Shown: positions 51,705 through 60,843 of the stretch, in pieces
How the letters are laid out: each line of letters begins with the position of its first letter
Numbering within the stretch: the first letter of the stretch is position 1
NCBI GenBank assembly: GCA_028718605.1
Contig: JAQULM010000003.1
Span: forward strand, 80,971-144,970
Direction of reading: 5' to 3'
DNA from: Patescibacteria group bacterium
Lineage (GTDB): Bacteria > Patescibacteriota > Patescibacteriia > UBA10025 > JAHIVO01
Length of the DNA: 64,000 nt
Translations under genes and position numbers: made by a program
The notes under the pieces: model-generated
The model's input: the letters and a program-made list of their open reading frames with translations, nothing else
The model's database searches: none
Told to the model about the DNA's origin: nothing

Positions 51705-52538
51705 CTATTTGATAGTAAAAAGTTTTTCGGCATTCCGCGATGTCTGCTCCGCGACGTCTTCCGGTGAAATACCCCGAATATCAGCAATCCGGCGGGCGAT
51801 ATAGTCCAGATGGGACGGTTCATTGCGCTGCCCCCGCAGCGGTTCGGGTGCAAGGTACGGGGCGTTTGTCTCGAGCACAAGAGACTGAAGCGGCACCTCA
51901 CGAACCGTTTCAAGAAAATCGCGTCCGTGCTCATAGGTAACGAGGCCGTTGTATGCCAGCATAAAACCAGCATCGATAAACTTCCGGGCAGTCGCATAAT
52001 CGCCCTCAAAGCTATGCACGACCCCCCGTAGGGTGCCCCGGGTTGAATACGGCTTGAGGGTTTCGAGAATCTGTTCGTACGCATCCCGGCTGTGGAGAAC
52101 GAGTGGAAGGCGTGACGCGAGTGCGAGCTCGATCTGTGCAATGAAGAGCCGCTGCTGCAAATTCTGGATCGACGGCTGTTCTGACCCTTGCGCGCGTGCG
52201 ATATGGTAAAAATCAAAACCGGTTTCCCCGATGCCGACGCATTTTGGATAATTCACATAATTTTTCAGCATGGTAATCTGGTCGTCAATCTTCTGGTCAA
52301 TATCACCCGGAGCTGTAAAAAGCTGCACCGCTTCCTGCGGATGGATGCCAACAACCGCAAAAACGCGCTCATATGCGATCGCAATCTCGAGCGTTGATTT
52401 TACATGGGCGGCGTCTGACCCGACCGCGATGATGGTGCCGACGCCAACGTTTGCTGCCCGCGAAATGACGTCGTGGCGGTCTCCGGTAAACTCGCGAAAA
52501 TCGAGGTGAGCGTGTGTGTCAATCAGTCGGAATGGCAT
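51705..52538 (-). CDS. TatD-family metal-dependent hydrolase (paralog 2)
   Basis: LIDTHAHLDFREF... Confidence 0.8.
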   Translation of the reverse strand: MPFRLIDTHAHLDFREFTGDRHDVISRAANVGVGTIIAVGSDAAHVKSTLEIAIAYERVFAVVGIHPQEAVQLFTAPGDIDQKIDDQITMLKNYVNYPKCVGIGETGFDFYHIARAQGSEQPSIQNLQQRLFIAQIELALASRLPLVLHSRDAYEQILETLKPYSTRGTLRGVVHSFEGDYATARKFIDAGFMLAYNGLVTYEHGRDFLETVREVPLQSLVLETNAPYLAPEPLRGQRNEPSHLDYIARRIADIRGISPEDVAEQTSRNAEKLFTIK

Positions 52539-52555
52539 GGGATCGTGCGCAATGC

Positions 52556-53080
52556 TTATTCAAGTTCCAAGGGTATCGTCGGCACGCTCGATTTGATCGA
52601 ATCCGGAATCAGAGGGACGAGGAATCCCGAAATGCTGACGAGCAAACCGGCAAACGCCGAATTATCGATTGCTGCGTTGAGCGCCTCGGACAGGTAAAAA
52701 TGCTTCGCGACATACAGAATCGTCCCAAGTACGAGCGTTGCCTCGACAAACCCGAGCAGCGCGCCGCCTAAACGGTTCGCGAGCGTGGCGAACGGGATGA
52801 TGCGCGCGATTTTAAACGCCTTGTCGAGCGCATGGATCATATACCCAATGCCCCGGCTCGCAACGAGAAAAACGAGGACAAAGGCAAACACGTTTGCGAC
52901 GCTCTCTTTGAGCATGAGGAATTGGAAAAAATCCGCCACTTGCTGGTACAGCGATCCGGCAATATACACGCCGGCAATCGCGCCAAGGATTGCTCCAAGG
53001 GTATGCACAAGGCCGAAGTAAAAGCCCGCACCGACAAACCCAAAAAATATCACGAGCAGGATAAGGTCGAACATTGGCAT
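52556..53080 (-). CDS. CvpA-family membrane protein
   Basis: 174 aa, four TM helices, CvpA-like topology. Confidence 0.6.
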   Translation of the reverse strand: MPMFDLILLVIFFGFVGAGFYFGLVHTLGAILGAIAGVYIAGSLYQQVADFFQFLMLKESVANVFAFVLVFLVASRGIGYMIHALDKAFKIARIIPFATLANRLGGALLGFVEATLVLGTILYVAKHFYLSEALNAAIDNSAFAGLLVSISGFLVPLIPDSIKSSVPTIPLELE

Positions 53081-53094
53081 AGGATAAAAAAAAG

Positions 53095-54525
53095 TTAAAC
53101 GCGCTTAAACAATGGATCGCCTTTGGTAATCCGCGCTTCGTTCAGGCTGCCAATAATGATGTCCGCTGTTTCCGGCATAAATGGCTCAATCGCCGCTGCG
53201 AATTCCAGAAGCAATGCTGCAAGCTGGCTAAGGACAGTTTCAAGCTGTTCGCGCTTGCCTGGGTCTTTCGCAAGTTTCCACGGCTCCGCTTCATCGATAA
53301 TCTGGTTTGCTTTCATGACTGCTTCCCAGAGCTCCTTCAGCGCCCGATCAAACTGCAAGAGCTCGATATAATCACCGACATGGGCAAGCGGGATCGGAGA
53401 TACGACGTCTTTCGGCACGGTACCGCCGCAATATTTCTCAATCATATTCAGCACGCGCGAAACGAGATTGCCGAGGTTATTCGCCAGGTCAGCATTGTAC
53501 TTTTCCGCAAACAACGATTCTTTAATATCACCGTCCTGGCCGAACGGAAACTGGGTCAGTAAAAGGTACCGCGTCGCGTCAATGCCGAACTTTTTAACCA
53601 AATCGTTCGGATCAATCACGTTGCCGAGCGTCTTCGACATCTTCTTGCCGTCGAGGGTAAAAAATCCGTGGAGATACACCACCTTCGGAACCGGCAAACC
53701 CGCTGCGAGCAACAACGCAGGCCAGTACACACAGTGGAACTTAAGAATATCGCGCGCCATCACATGCACGTCGGCAGGCCACCATGCCTCGAAGAATGCG
53801 TCGTTATCGCCGTACCCGATGGCAGTAATATAATTCAGCAGCGCATCAACCCAGACGTACGTCTTCTGCTTTTCGTCAAACGGCAGCGGTATGCCCCACT
53901 GGACGTTTTCTCGGGAAACGGAAAAATCTTCGAGGTCCTGCTTGAACAAACCGAGCACTTCCTTCTCGCGCCCGTGCGGCAGTATTTTTATCGTGCCGTC
54001 CTCGATCAGTTTCCTGACCGCGGGAAGATACTTCGAAAGTTTGAAAAAGTAATTGCGCTCCGATACCTTCTCCGGCGCTTTCTTATGGTCCGGGCATAAG
54101 CCGTCGACGAGCTCTTTTTCTTTTATAAACCGCTCACAACCAACGCAGTACAAACCCTCGTACGTTCCCTCGTAAATATCGCCGTTGCTGTGCAATTTTG
54201 ATAAAAACTTCACGACGCCGACTCGATGGCGTTCGTCAGTTGTCCGGATAAAATAATCATTCGAAATATTCAGAGCCTTGAATGTTTCCTTGAACAAAGC
54301 GCTGTTCTGGTCGCAAAACGCCTTGGGCTCCATGCCGGCTGCGTTCGCGCTCTGCGCGACTTTCGCGCCATGCTCGTCGGTCCCCGTAACAAAATACACC
54401 CGGTAATTTTTCTGCCGGTAGTACCGCGCCAAGACATCCGCCGCAATGGTCGTGTACGCATGGCCGATATGCGGCTTATCGTTCACGTAATAAATGGGGG
54501 TTGTAATGTAGAATTTCTTGGACAT
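53095..54525 (-). CDS. metG: methionyl-tRNA synthetase (short form)
   Basis: YITTPIYYVNDKPHIGHAYT HIGH motif and KMSKT. The start was chosen at MSKKFY. Confidence 0.9.
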   Translation of the reverse strand: MSKKFYITTPIYYVNDKPHIGHAYTTIAADVLARYYRQKNYRVYFVTGTDEHGAKVAQSANAAGMEPKAFCDQNSALFKETFKALNISNDYFIRTTDERHRVGVVKFLSKLHSNGDIYEGTYEGLYCVGCERFIKEKELVDGLCPDHKKAPEKVSERNYFFKLSKYLPAVRKLIEDGTIKILPHGREKEVLGLFKQDLEDFSVSRENVQWGIPLPFDEKQKTYVWVDALLNYITAIGYGDNDAFFEAWWPADVHVMARDILKFHCVYWPALLLAAGLPVPKVVYLHGFFTLDGKKMSKTLGNVIDPNDLVKKFGIDATRYLLLTQFPFGQDGDIKESLFAEKYNADLANNLGNLVSRVLNMIEKYCGGTVPKDVVSPIPLAHVGDYIELLQFDRALKELWEAVMKANQIIDEAEPWKLAKDPGKREQLETVLSQLAALLLEFAAAIEPFMPETADIIIGSLNEARITKGDPLFKRV

Positions 54526-54577
54526 AGCGCTTGAATTATACCGTGAAATCGGCATAAAAACAATAAAACTCCTGCGA

Positions 54578-54605
54578 TTGACAATTGTGCGACTATACGT
54601 ATAAT
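54578..54605 (+). promoter_or_regulatory. near-consensus sigma70 promoter TTGACA-16-TATAAT
   Basis: TTGACA at 54578-54583 and TATAAT at 54600-54605. Confidence 0.55.
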
Positions 54606-54611
54606 ACTACT

Positions 54612-54835
54612 GAGTACTGCTGCTACGCGCTAACGCCCTCCTTTCGAAACATCCGTACACTCACTTCGTACGGAATGAAGTGGAAAGGAGATGCGCCTTG
54701 GTACAAGACGGTGGTGGTAGCGACGGTGCTCCCGCTGCGTAACGTGGCGGTGGAGCTGATGGTTCATAGGAAAGCGCTGCTTTCCAGCTGAGCCTGATCA
54801 AAAGGGGTGGCGAGCGTATCGTCACCCTGTTTTTT
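54612..54835 (+). ncRNA. candidate small RNA (~225 nt) with its own consensus promoter and strong terminator
   Basis: Internal hairpins (CUCCUUUC/GAAAGGAG, CCGUAC/GUACGG, GGAAAGC-GCU-GCUUUCC). Terminator GGGUGGCGA-GCGUA-UCGUCACCC plus UGUUUUUU at 54805-54835. It contains only a 38-codon ORF without an RBS. It is divergent from metG. Confidence 0.45.
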
Positions 54836-54926
54836 CTCCTCAGCCGATAAACAGCTGCATATCGTTACGACAGTATATGCCCGCCGGCTAACCTCAGTTG
54901 TATAAAAAATACCGCTACTCTGCTCC

Positions 54927-55676
54927 TTACTCAGCCGACATGAGGTCTCCGACGGCAAAGAGGATGAGCAGCGCGCCAATGCCGAATAACGCCAATCCAA
55001 ATACTATGTCGCCCCACGCCGACTTCCTGCCGTACCCCTTTTTAAGCGGCTGAGCGATGAGGAAGTACACGCCCAGGCAGACGGCCAGCCCGGCGAATGC
55101 GCCAATGGCGATTGCCAACCCGCGCGCGTTCAGGGTGGAAACGTACTGCACGCCGAACGTCACCGCAAACCCAACCACGGGCCCGAGGATGTAGTAGAAA
55201 AGCGGGTGATCGTAGTCAATCGGCTCGCGTGCCTCCTGAACAGCGCCGTTCGGAACCCGAGCCTTCAGCTGGTCAACGAGCTCCTGGAAACGGTCCATGC
55301 CATTGAGCACCATCGCGCTCCCCTTTCCTGCGAACAACTTCACGTGCCGCACGTCCCCTCGGGTCGTCTTCAGGATGTACACTCTGCGAATATCATCAAG
55401 CGTGATTGTGTCATCTGCCCTGGTGCTGATCCGCCGGACAAATTCATCGGTTAAGATTACTTTTGTTTTCAGATGGCGATCGAGCACGTTCATCGAAAGG
55501 ATGCGAAGTACCCACAGCGCGACGAAAAAGCAGCCGGTGAACATGAGCACCTGCGGTAAATCGGAGTGCCACAGTTTGAACAGCCCGAGGAAAAACCCGA
55601 CGGTCAGGGAAAATGTCACGACCAGGTTCGCCGTTTTCCGACGGTCAATTTCCTTTTTCGAAACATAATACTCCAT
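54927..55676 (-). CDS. hypothetical polytopic membrane protein
   Basis: 249 aa. TM helices at both ends flank a soluble middle. Confidence 0.5.
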   Translation of the reverse strand: MEYYVSKKEIDRRKTANLVVTFSLTVGFFLGLFKLWHSDLPQVLMFTGCFFVALWVLRILSMNVLDRHLKTKVILTDEFVRRISTRADDTITLDDIRRVYILKTTRGDVRHVKLFAGKGSAMVLNGMDRFQELVDQLKARVPNGAVQEAREPIDYDHPLFYYILGPVVGFAVTFGVQYVSTLNARGLAIAIGAFAGLAVCLGVYFLIAQPLKKGYGRKSAWGDIVFGLALFGIGALLILFAVGDLMSAE

Positions 55677-55694
55677 ACAGCCAGTATATCAGCT

Positions 55695-56300
55695 TTAATG
55701 CTCGGTGGGGAGGCAAACCAACGCCCAATTGATATATTGATACGGCCTTCCCGAATATCGCCCTGGTAATTTCGCTTTGAACGGGTTGCGCTTGATGTAT
55801 TCAATCACCGTCCGGAAATACTCATCGGTATTCACGATGCGAATGTAAAAACGTTTTTGGAAATATGGGAAATTGATGCCATACGAATTCCGAAGCTGGT
55901 CATAAAAATATGATTTTATCCCATGCACCAAATCAGATACCGTGAATAATTTACCTGATCGCGCAACCACGGCGGGTTGCGCTCGGGAGATATTTATTTT
56001 GTTTTTATTCATACCGCACCCCGCTGTGGGTGCGGTGGAATTAATTACGGGTGCGGTTGATTTTTTTATCTCCGCGGCCGCGATGCCATTCCATCGGCCC
56101 GCGGCGCCCACGAGTATATGCACATGATCCGGCATGATTTGCCACGCCAACACATCGTATCCCTTCATCTCGCCCGTTTTTACAATAATACTCGCCAACA
56201 ACTCCGCGTATCTCGTCTCCTCAAATAACCGAAATCCCTCCCGAGTCCTGAACGTTACAAAATATGAATATTCATCCTGGTAAATTCTGCGCTGCGTCAT
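55695..56300 (-). mobile_element. IS200/IS605-type HUH tyrosine transposase / RAYT-like (TnpA_REP) gene
   Basis: YFVTFRTREG and MPDHVHILV (HUH motif), plus a C-terminal catalytic Tyr region. There is a ~50-aa insertion relative to a minimal TnpA. Promoter TTGACG-18-TACAAT lies upstream. Confidence 0.6.
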
Positions 56301-56369
56301 AAACAAAATCCCCACTGGTTCAGGGGAAGGTTGCTGTTATTGTATGCCAATAATTCACTCCTCGTCAAT

Positions 56370-56396
56370 CCCCCCAAACCAAAAACAACGGCCTGC
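56370..56396. repeat. 27-nt repeat copy 1 (CCCCCCAAACCAAAAACAACGGCCTGC)
   Basis: Two further copies lie at 57036-57060 and 57614-57640. Confidence 0.55.
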
Positions 56397-56471
56397 TCTG
56401 ACCCATTGACATTTCCTGGTTTTTTGATAGGGTAAGGAAAATCGAACCTTAACGTCATTGGAGGATACGCC

Positions 56472-56981
56472 TTGAACCATGTTGATTTTTTCCGGATAAC
56501 GAGCGAGGGCATCGAATCAGCAATCGGCACATTCATTCCAGAGGAGCTGAAAACCACGCTCTTCAGCCCTGACTACGCCGTCGATTTCCGACCTGACATT
56601 GTTGTCACTCTGCTGGAAAAAGTCGCATGCCGATACGGCTGCGACATCACCCATTCCCTGCCACAGCATAATATTACCGAACTAGCCAGACAGGTTGGAT
56701 TGGTAATCGTCCGGTTTGCCCAATCCCATGCCCGGCAATGCCAGTACTGCACCGAAAAGGTAGCCGCGCTCGCCATTCTCCTCCGGCTAATGAACACCTA
56801 CGTCGTGAAAAAGGTGTTCAACAGCATACCGAGGGAAATCCCTGACCGCGCGTATTACTTTTTCCTGGACACGGACGACCCGGACTACGTCACCGATACA
56901 TCGACGGAGTCAAGCGGCAAATCAAGCATACGTGACTATGTCAGACAGTGGGATATCACCGGCAATAACACGGTACACTGA
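56472..56981 (+). CDS. hypothetical protein
   Basis: GGAGGATACGCC precedes a TTG start. A terminator CCCGGACGG...CCGCCCGGG plus UUUUUU lies at 57003-57035. Confidence 0.4.
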   Translation: MNHVDFFRITSEGIESAIGTFIPEELKTTLFSPDYAVDFRPDIVVTLLEKVACRYGCDITHSLPQHNITELARQVGLVIVRFAQSHARQCQYCTEKVAALAILLRLMNTYVVKKVFNSIPREIPDRAYYFFLDTDDPDYVTDTSTESSGKSSIRDYVRQWDITGNNTVH

Positions 56982-57035
56982 GCGACAGATGCCTCAATCC
57001 ACCCGGACGGAACCAACCGCCCGGGCTTTTTTATT

Positions 57036-57060
57036 CCCCCCAAACCAAAAACAGCGGCTG
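57036..57060. repeat. 27-nt repeat copy 2
   Basis: TTATTCCCCCCAAACCAAAAACAGCGGCTG. Confidence 0.55.
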
Positions 57061-57089
57061 TACCATTGACTCGCAGCACATCAATGGAA

Positions 57090-57125
57090 GATAAAAAAGC
57101 GGGGCCTCGGGCTCCGCTTTACCAA
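57090..57125 (-). terminator. rho-independent terminator
   Basis: Minus-strand AAGCGGAGCCCGAGGCCCCGCUU followed by UUUUUAUCUUCC. Confidence 0.5.
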
Positions 57126-57146
57126 TGATGGACAAACATGATCTAG

Positions 57147-57512
57147 CTATGCGACCTGTGCCAGTAGATCGGCCGCCTTGATTCTGCTTGGCTGATTAAC
57201 CGTACCGATCCGATCAAGGTGCGGACAGTTATGTACCACGTCATTCTCCTTTCCCGGGCATTGCCAGCACTCACCTTTGCGTTGCGTGATGATGACTGTA
57301 TACTTTTTCGGATCAGGCAATTGTTTGACCTGCTCAGTCGCAACAGCAATCGCTGCCGTCTGGTCAGGGGCATAGAAACGCTCCATCGGCCCCTCAATTT
57401 TCCGATCGCCAATCGTCACCGATTTCGCCAAGCAAGCCTCTGGGAAGTCTTCTAGTACTTCCAGAAATTCATCTGAAACCAGAACCACCTCATACTGTTC
57501 AACTATTGGCAT
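57147..57512 (-). CDS. hypothetical protein with a C-terminal Cys/His cluster
   Basis: AGGAGG RBS and a TTGACA promoter upstream. CWQCPG...HNCPH. Confidence 0.5.
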   Translation of the reverse strand: MPIVEQYEVVLVSDEFLEVLEDFPEACLAKSVTIGDRKIEGPMERFYAPDQTAAIAVATEQVKQLPDPKKYTVIITQRKGECWQCPGKENDVVHNCPHLDRIGTVNQPSRIKAADLLAQVA

Positions 57513-57613
57513 CTCAAACCTCCTATAAAGGACTTCAATTGTTTGTATTAATATTTCCCTACTTTACCAAAAAAATACCAATTGTCAATAGGATTTATCC
57601 ATCCGGCGTGGAA

Positions 57614-57640
57614 CCCCCCAAACCAAAAACAGCGTCCTGC
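57614..57640. repeat. 27-nt repeat copy 3
   Basis: GAACCCCCCAAACCAAAAACAGCGTCCTGC. On the minus strand it reads as a hairpin 3' arm plus UUUUUGGUUUGGGGGG. Confidence 0.55.
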
Positions 57641-57722
57641 TTGAGGCGCTGGGTTTAATTATCTTTTTCCGATATTGAATCGTAAAGGGGAATTGGTATG
57701 AGGCATTTTGGCAATCTATAAA

Positions 57723-59201
57723 TCACGATCTGCTCTCAAACTCATCTAGCACGCTTTGGAGAACGCCCTGACTTGGCTCCCACATATCAAAAAACGTAAA
57801 CAGCCCCTTACTTATATTAAAAACAACGTCTGCATAACTCGTAGTTAATAAATCTAATGTCATTTCTCTATCCCACCTTGCTTGCCGAGCAATACTTTTT
57901 CGCTTAAACATTGTAAATGCTCTCGTAGTATCAGACGCGGCTAACTGTCTTTCTTGTATACCTAAATGATTTATCTGGATACCGATAGTTGCCTTTGGGT
58001 CTAACTGCATATTTTTATAAATCTGAATACAGTGCTTAACTGCCTCAGCAATTCTCCAAATTCTAGTATCAAAATAAAGTATTCTTTCTTCCTCACCTTG
58101 TCTCCTTTCTCTGCTCCCTCGAGTATCCTCCTCAAAGGCCCTAAAAAAATAATACCCACCATTGAAATTGAAATGCCAATAATCAAATCCTGCGTTCTTA
58201 TCTGCAATGACACACCGTAAACCATCATTATCAGGCCGCGGCTTACCATCCTCATGATATGTAACAAGACCCATAGGCCAACCAGTATTTCTTAGTACAG
58301 ACTTATCGGCAATATCTAAGAGTCCTTTGTGTGTGTAAATATTTTTAGTTCCAGTTACAATATAATGTATAACTTCCAAACCCTCATACTTAAAACCATT
58401 ATCAGTAGCGATTTTTTGTGCCTGCTCGGACTGAGAAACCGAAATGTTATTTCTTGTTAAACTACTTTTTACTTGTTTCTTTTGAGCTGGAGGAATATCT
58501 TTTTTACTTTGGTCGGTCTTTATTTTTACGTTTTTAGGGGCAGTAAGAGGAGTAATTTTAAGACCCATCTCCTTCATCAAGTCGGTAAAACGACTTAGCA
58601 TCTCACTTTGTCTTTTTTCAATACATATATCAATTATTTTCTCCCAATCATCCGGGTTGGCAATTTTTATAGTCCTTGCCGCTTCAATTCGAATATATAA
58701 GGCGCCTTCCTCAAGAATATTACCAGCCGAGCTTTTACAAAAAAATGGTCTCTTCTTGAACCCCCTTACCTCAATAATGGGATATGTAATATTATTATCA
58801 ATATTTTGATCTTTGTGGACCAGTAAATCAATCTTGTCCGTGCCAGCGGTATATCTTTCTACTGTCTGTGCCAACTGACTCACTTCGTACGAACTTAAGA
58901 TCTCAGAGGGCATATCTTCGGCGGGTTGTGGCTTTCTATTATAATCTTCGGGATATCCAATAACAATATATCCACCACCAGCATTTGCCATCCCCAAAAT
59001 ATGTTTAATTAGCTTGTACGAAAAACCATCACGGCCGGTAAACTTAATAGCATCCTTGTAGTCGACACCCGGATCCTCTCCTGGGTACTTCAAAAACGAT
59101 TGACGTAATTTATATCCACGATCATCAATCAAACCCGACGATGTCGTAGTTGTAGAAGTAGATGTAGATAACGCTGTGCTAATTAAAGTATGAGTGTCCA
59201 T
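57723..59201 (-). CDS. AlbA_2 / Schlafen-like (divergent AAA-4) domain protein with an unknown ~300-aa C-terminal domain; AT-rich, probably acquired
   Basis: IKHILGMANAGGGYIVIGYPED matches the AlbA_2 signature (AfANt.GGyl.iGv). The N-terminus is Ser/Thr-rich. Base composition is markedly AT-rich compared with its flanks. Confidence 0.5.
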   Translation of the reverse strand: MDTHTLISTALSTSTSTTTTSSGLIDDRGYKLRQSFLKYPGEDPGVDYKDAIKFTGRDGFSYKLIKHILGMANAGGGYIVIGYPEDYNRKPQPAEDMPSEILSSYEVSQLAQTVERYTAGTDKIDLLVHKDQNIDNNITYPIIEVRGFKKRPFFCKSSAGNILEEGALYIRIEAARTIKIANPDDWEKIIDICIEKRQSEMLSRFTDLMKEMGLKITPLTAPKNVKIKTDQSKKDIPPAQKKQVKSSLTRNNISVSQSEQAQKIATDNGFKYEGLEVIHYIVTGTKNIYTHKGLLDIADKSVLRNTGWPMGLVTYHEDGKPRPDNDGLRCVIADKNAGFDYWHFNFNGGYYFFRAFEEDTRGSRERRQGEEERILYFDTRIWRIAEAVKHCIQIYKNMQLDPKATIGIQINHLGIQERQLAASDTTRAFTMFKRKSIARQARWDREMTLDLLTTSYADVVFNISKGLFTFFDMWEPSQGVLQSVLDEFESRS

Positions 59202-59211
59202 AAAATACCAC

Positions 59212-59586
59212 CTATTTAGCATCGCTATTAACTATCTCATCCCCCACCCCAGTCAGGCTCTTTTTTCCATTCACTTCCTTCCTGATCACGATCAGCATTA
59301 CGAAGAGCGCTATTGCCGGCACCAGGTAGGCCAGGTCAAACCAGCCCACCTGGTCGGTGATGGTGAGGACGATATTAATTCCGGCCATGATGATGGCGAC
59401 CCACCAGGCCCAGCGGTATTTTTTATTGAGATAGTAGGTCAGGATAAAAAGGACCACGGCGAACCCGAGCCCGTTGACGAAATAAAAAATCCGGTACACC
59501 TTACCGCCGAAAAGCCAGGTCACGGCGAACACCGCCCAAAATACAGAAGTCAGGTACATGAGGATGATTGTGGCGCGGAATTTCAT
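59212..59586 (-). CDS. hypothetical 4-TM membrane protein overlapping the upstream gene start
   Basis: 124 aa with four hydrophobic helices. Its 5' end overlaps the AlbA_2-like gene start region by 11 nt. Confidence 0.5.
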   Translation of the reverse strand: MKFRATIILMYLTSVFWAVFAVTWLFGGKVYRIFYFVNGLGFAVVLFILTYYLNKKYRWAWWVAIIMAGINIVLTITDQVGWFDLAYLVPAIALFVMLIVIRKEVNGKKSLTGVGDEIVNSDAK

Positions 59587-59618
59587 AATTTAGTAAACAT
59601 GAAACTTTTTCGGCCGTC

Positions 59619-60044
59619 CTATGGGCGTAGCTTATACGACTCCCTCACCCACCCGAGTAGCTCAGTATCAATATCTTTCGCTGAACTGATGCGCAGGCAG
59701 TTTTTGAATGTCGTTTTGGACATTGGGACGCTCGCGAAAATGCGTTTGCTCTTGATCGGGTGGCTGTGCCCGAGGCGCAGTTCCAACACGCCGTTGCGCT
59801 TGGGCAGGACGGCCATGAAGTCGCGGATGTGGTGCACGCGGATGCAGCACGGCAGGGCGTACACTTTCACCGGCCCGATTTTCTGGGTGATTGCCTTTTT
59901 CAATTGCGCGAACAGCTTTTCGGCCTCCTCTTTATTCCTGAAGTGGTTCTCCACTGGATAAATCACGCAAGAGTGGGGGCGGTTTTCCCGGTCAAAGGTG
60001 CGGTGGCACTTGGGGCAGGTCCATATGGTAGTCATATGATCCAA
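59619..60044 (-). CDS. hypothetical protein with an N-terminal zinc-ribbon (CPKCH...HSC)
   Basis: MTTIWTCPKCHRTFDRENRPHSC. Confidence 0.5.
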   Translation of the reverse strand: MDHMTTIWTCPKCHRTFDRENRPHSCVIYPVENHFRNKEEAEKLFAQLKKAITQKIGPVKVYALPCCIRVHHIRDFMAVLPKRNGVLELRLGHSHPIKSKRIFASVPMSKTTFKNCLRISSAKDIDTELLGWVRESYKLRP

Positions 60045-60821
60045 TTATTGCTCCAGCGTGAAATAATGTACAGGGTCCAGGTAATCCGTGGGAAAATTGC
60101 AGTAGGTGGTGTTGGGCTGGCCGTCCTTGCACGTGCAGGGCGACTGCGCGCGCACCTGCTTATCGATAATCATTTCCTGAACACTCGCGCCGGTAGCTGA
60201 ATAGCCAGACAGGACGTTGCCGGAAAAATGGTTGAAAATAGAATCAATATTTTGGTAAAAATTTTCCGTTCTGGCTTTCAGTGAAATATCAAAGTCATCA
60301 CCGCGCTCGCTGAATACGGCATACCCCAGCAGCTCCCCGGCCGTTACCTGCTGTCCCTCAACCATGCTCTCCAGATTTTTCACGTGGAATATGGTCAGCT
60401 GCCAGCTATCCGCTTCATTGGGAACGAGCGTCAGGTGGTTGCCCCGGCCAGAGTATTCAATGCTCTCAATAACCCCGTCAAACGGCGAAAAAACGTTTAC
60501 CTGGTTATCACTCGGGCTAAATTCTTCCTGCGGTACGAAATAGTGTTTCAAACTGCTGGACGCCTCCGGCTCGCCCTGGAGGCTGGTGGCGCCGTACCAG
60601 TGTCCGGCGCAGGAACGGAAGCGTGAAATGGCGAGGATTTGGGTAAGGTCGACCGGATTGGCGGTGATAAATTTGTCATCAGCCATTTCGGCTAGGTTGA
60701 CAGTGTCCGGCTTGAATTTGTCTTTTAAAACAAAACCGACCGCCAGCACGGCGATAAGTACGATCAATACCAAAACCCACCAGAAACGTTTGAAGAATGA
60801 TTTTTTTGGCTGGGTGTCCAT
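60045..60821 (-). CDS. hypothetical membrane-anchored secreted protein
   Basis: N-terminal TM helix (FWWVLVLIVLIAVLAVGFVL). Abuts the previous gene with no gap. Confidence 0.5.
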   Translation of the reverse strand: MDTQPKKSFFKRFWWVLVLIVLIAVLAVGFVLKDKFKPDTVNLAEMADDKFITANPVDLTQILAISRFRSCAGHWYGATSLQGEPEASSSLKHYFVPQEEFSPSDNQVNVFSPFDGVIESIEYSGRGNHLTLVPNEADSWQLTIFHVKNLESMVEGQQVTAGELLGYAVFSERGDDFDISLKARTENFYQNIDSIFNHFSGNVLSGYSATGASVQEMIIDKQVRAQSPCTCKDGQPNTTYCNFPTDYLDPVHYFTLEQ

Positions 60822-60843
60822 TGAATAAAATGTAAATTCATTT

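Noticed and set aside
54585-54791. 68-aa plus-strand ORF overlapping the sRNA candidate
   Set aside because: Its ATG lies upstream of the -10 box, so it would not be on the transcript. No RBS. Cys/Tyr-rich junk N-terminus.
59194-59961. 255-aa plus-strand ORF across the island
   Set aside because: It is antisense to three well-supported minus-strand genes. Its composition is low-complexity with no RBS.
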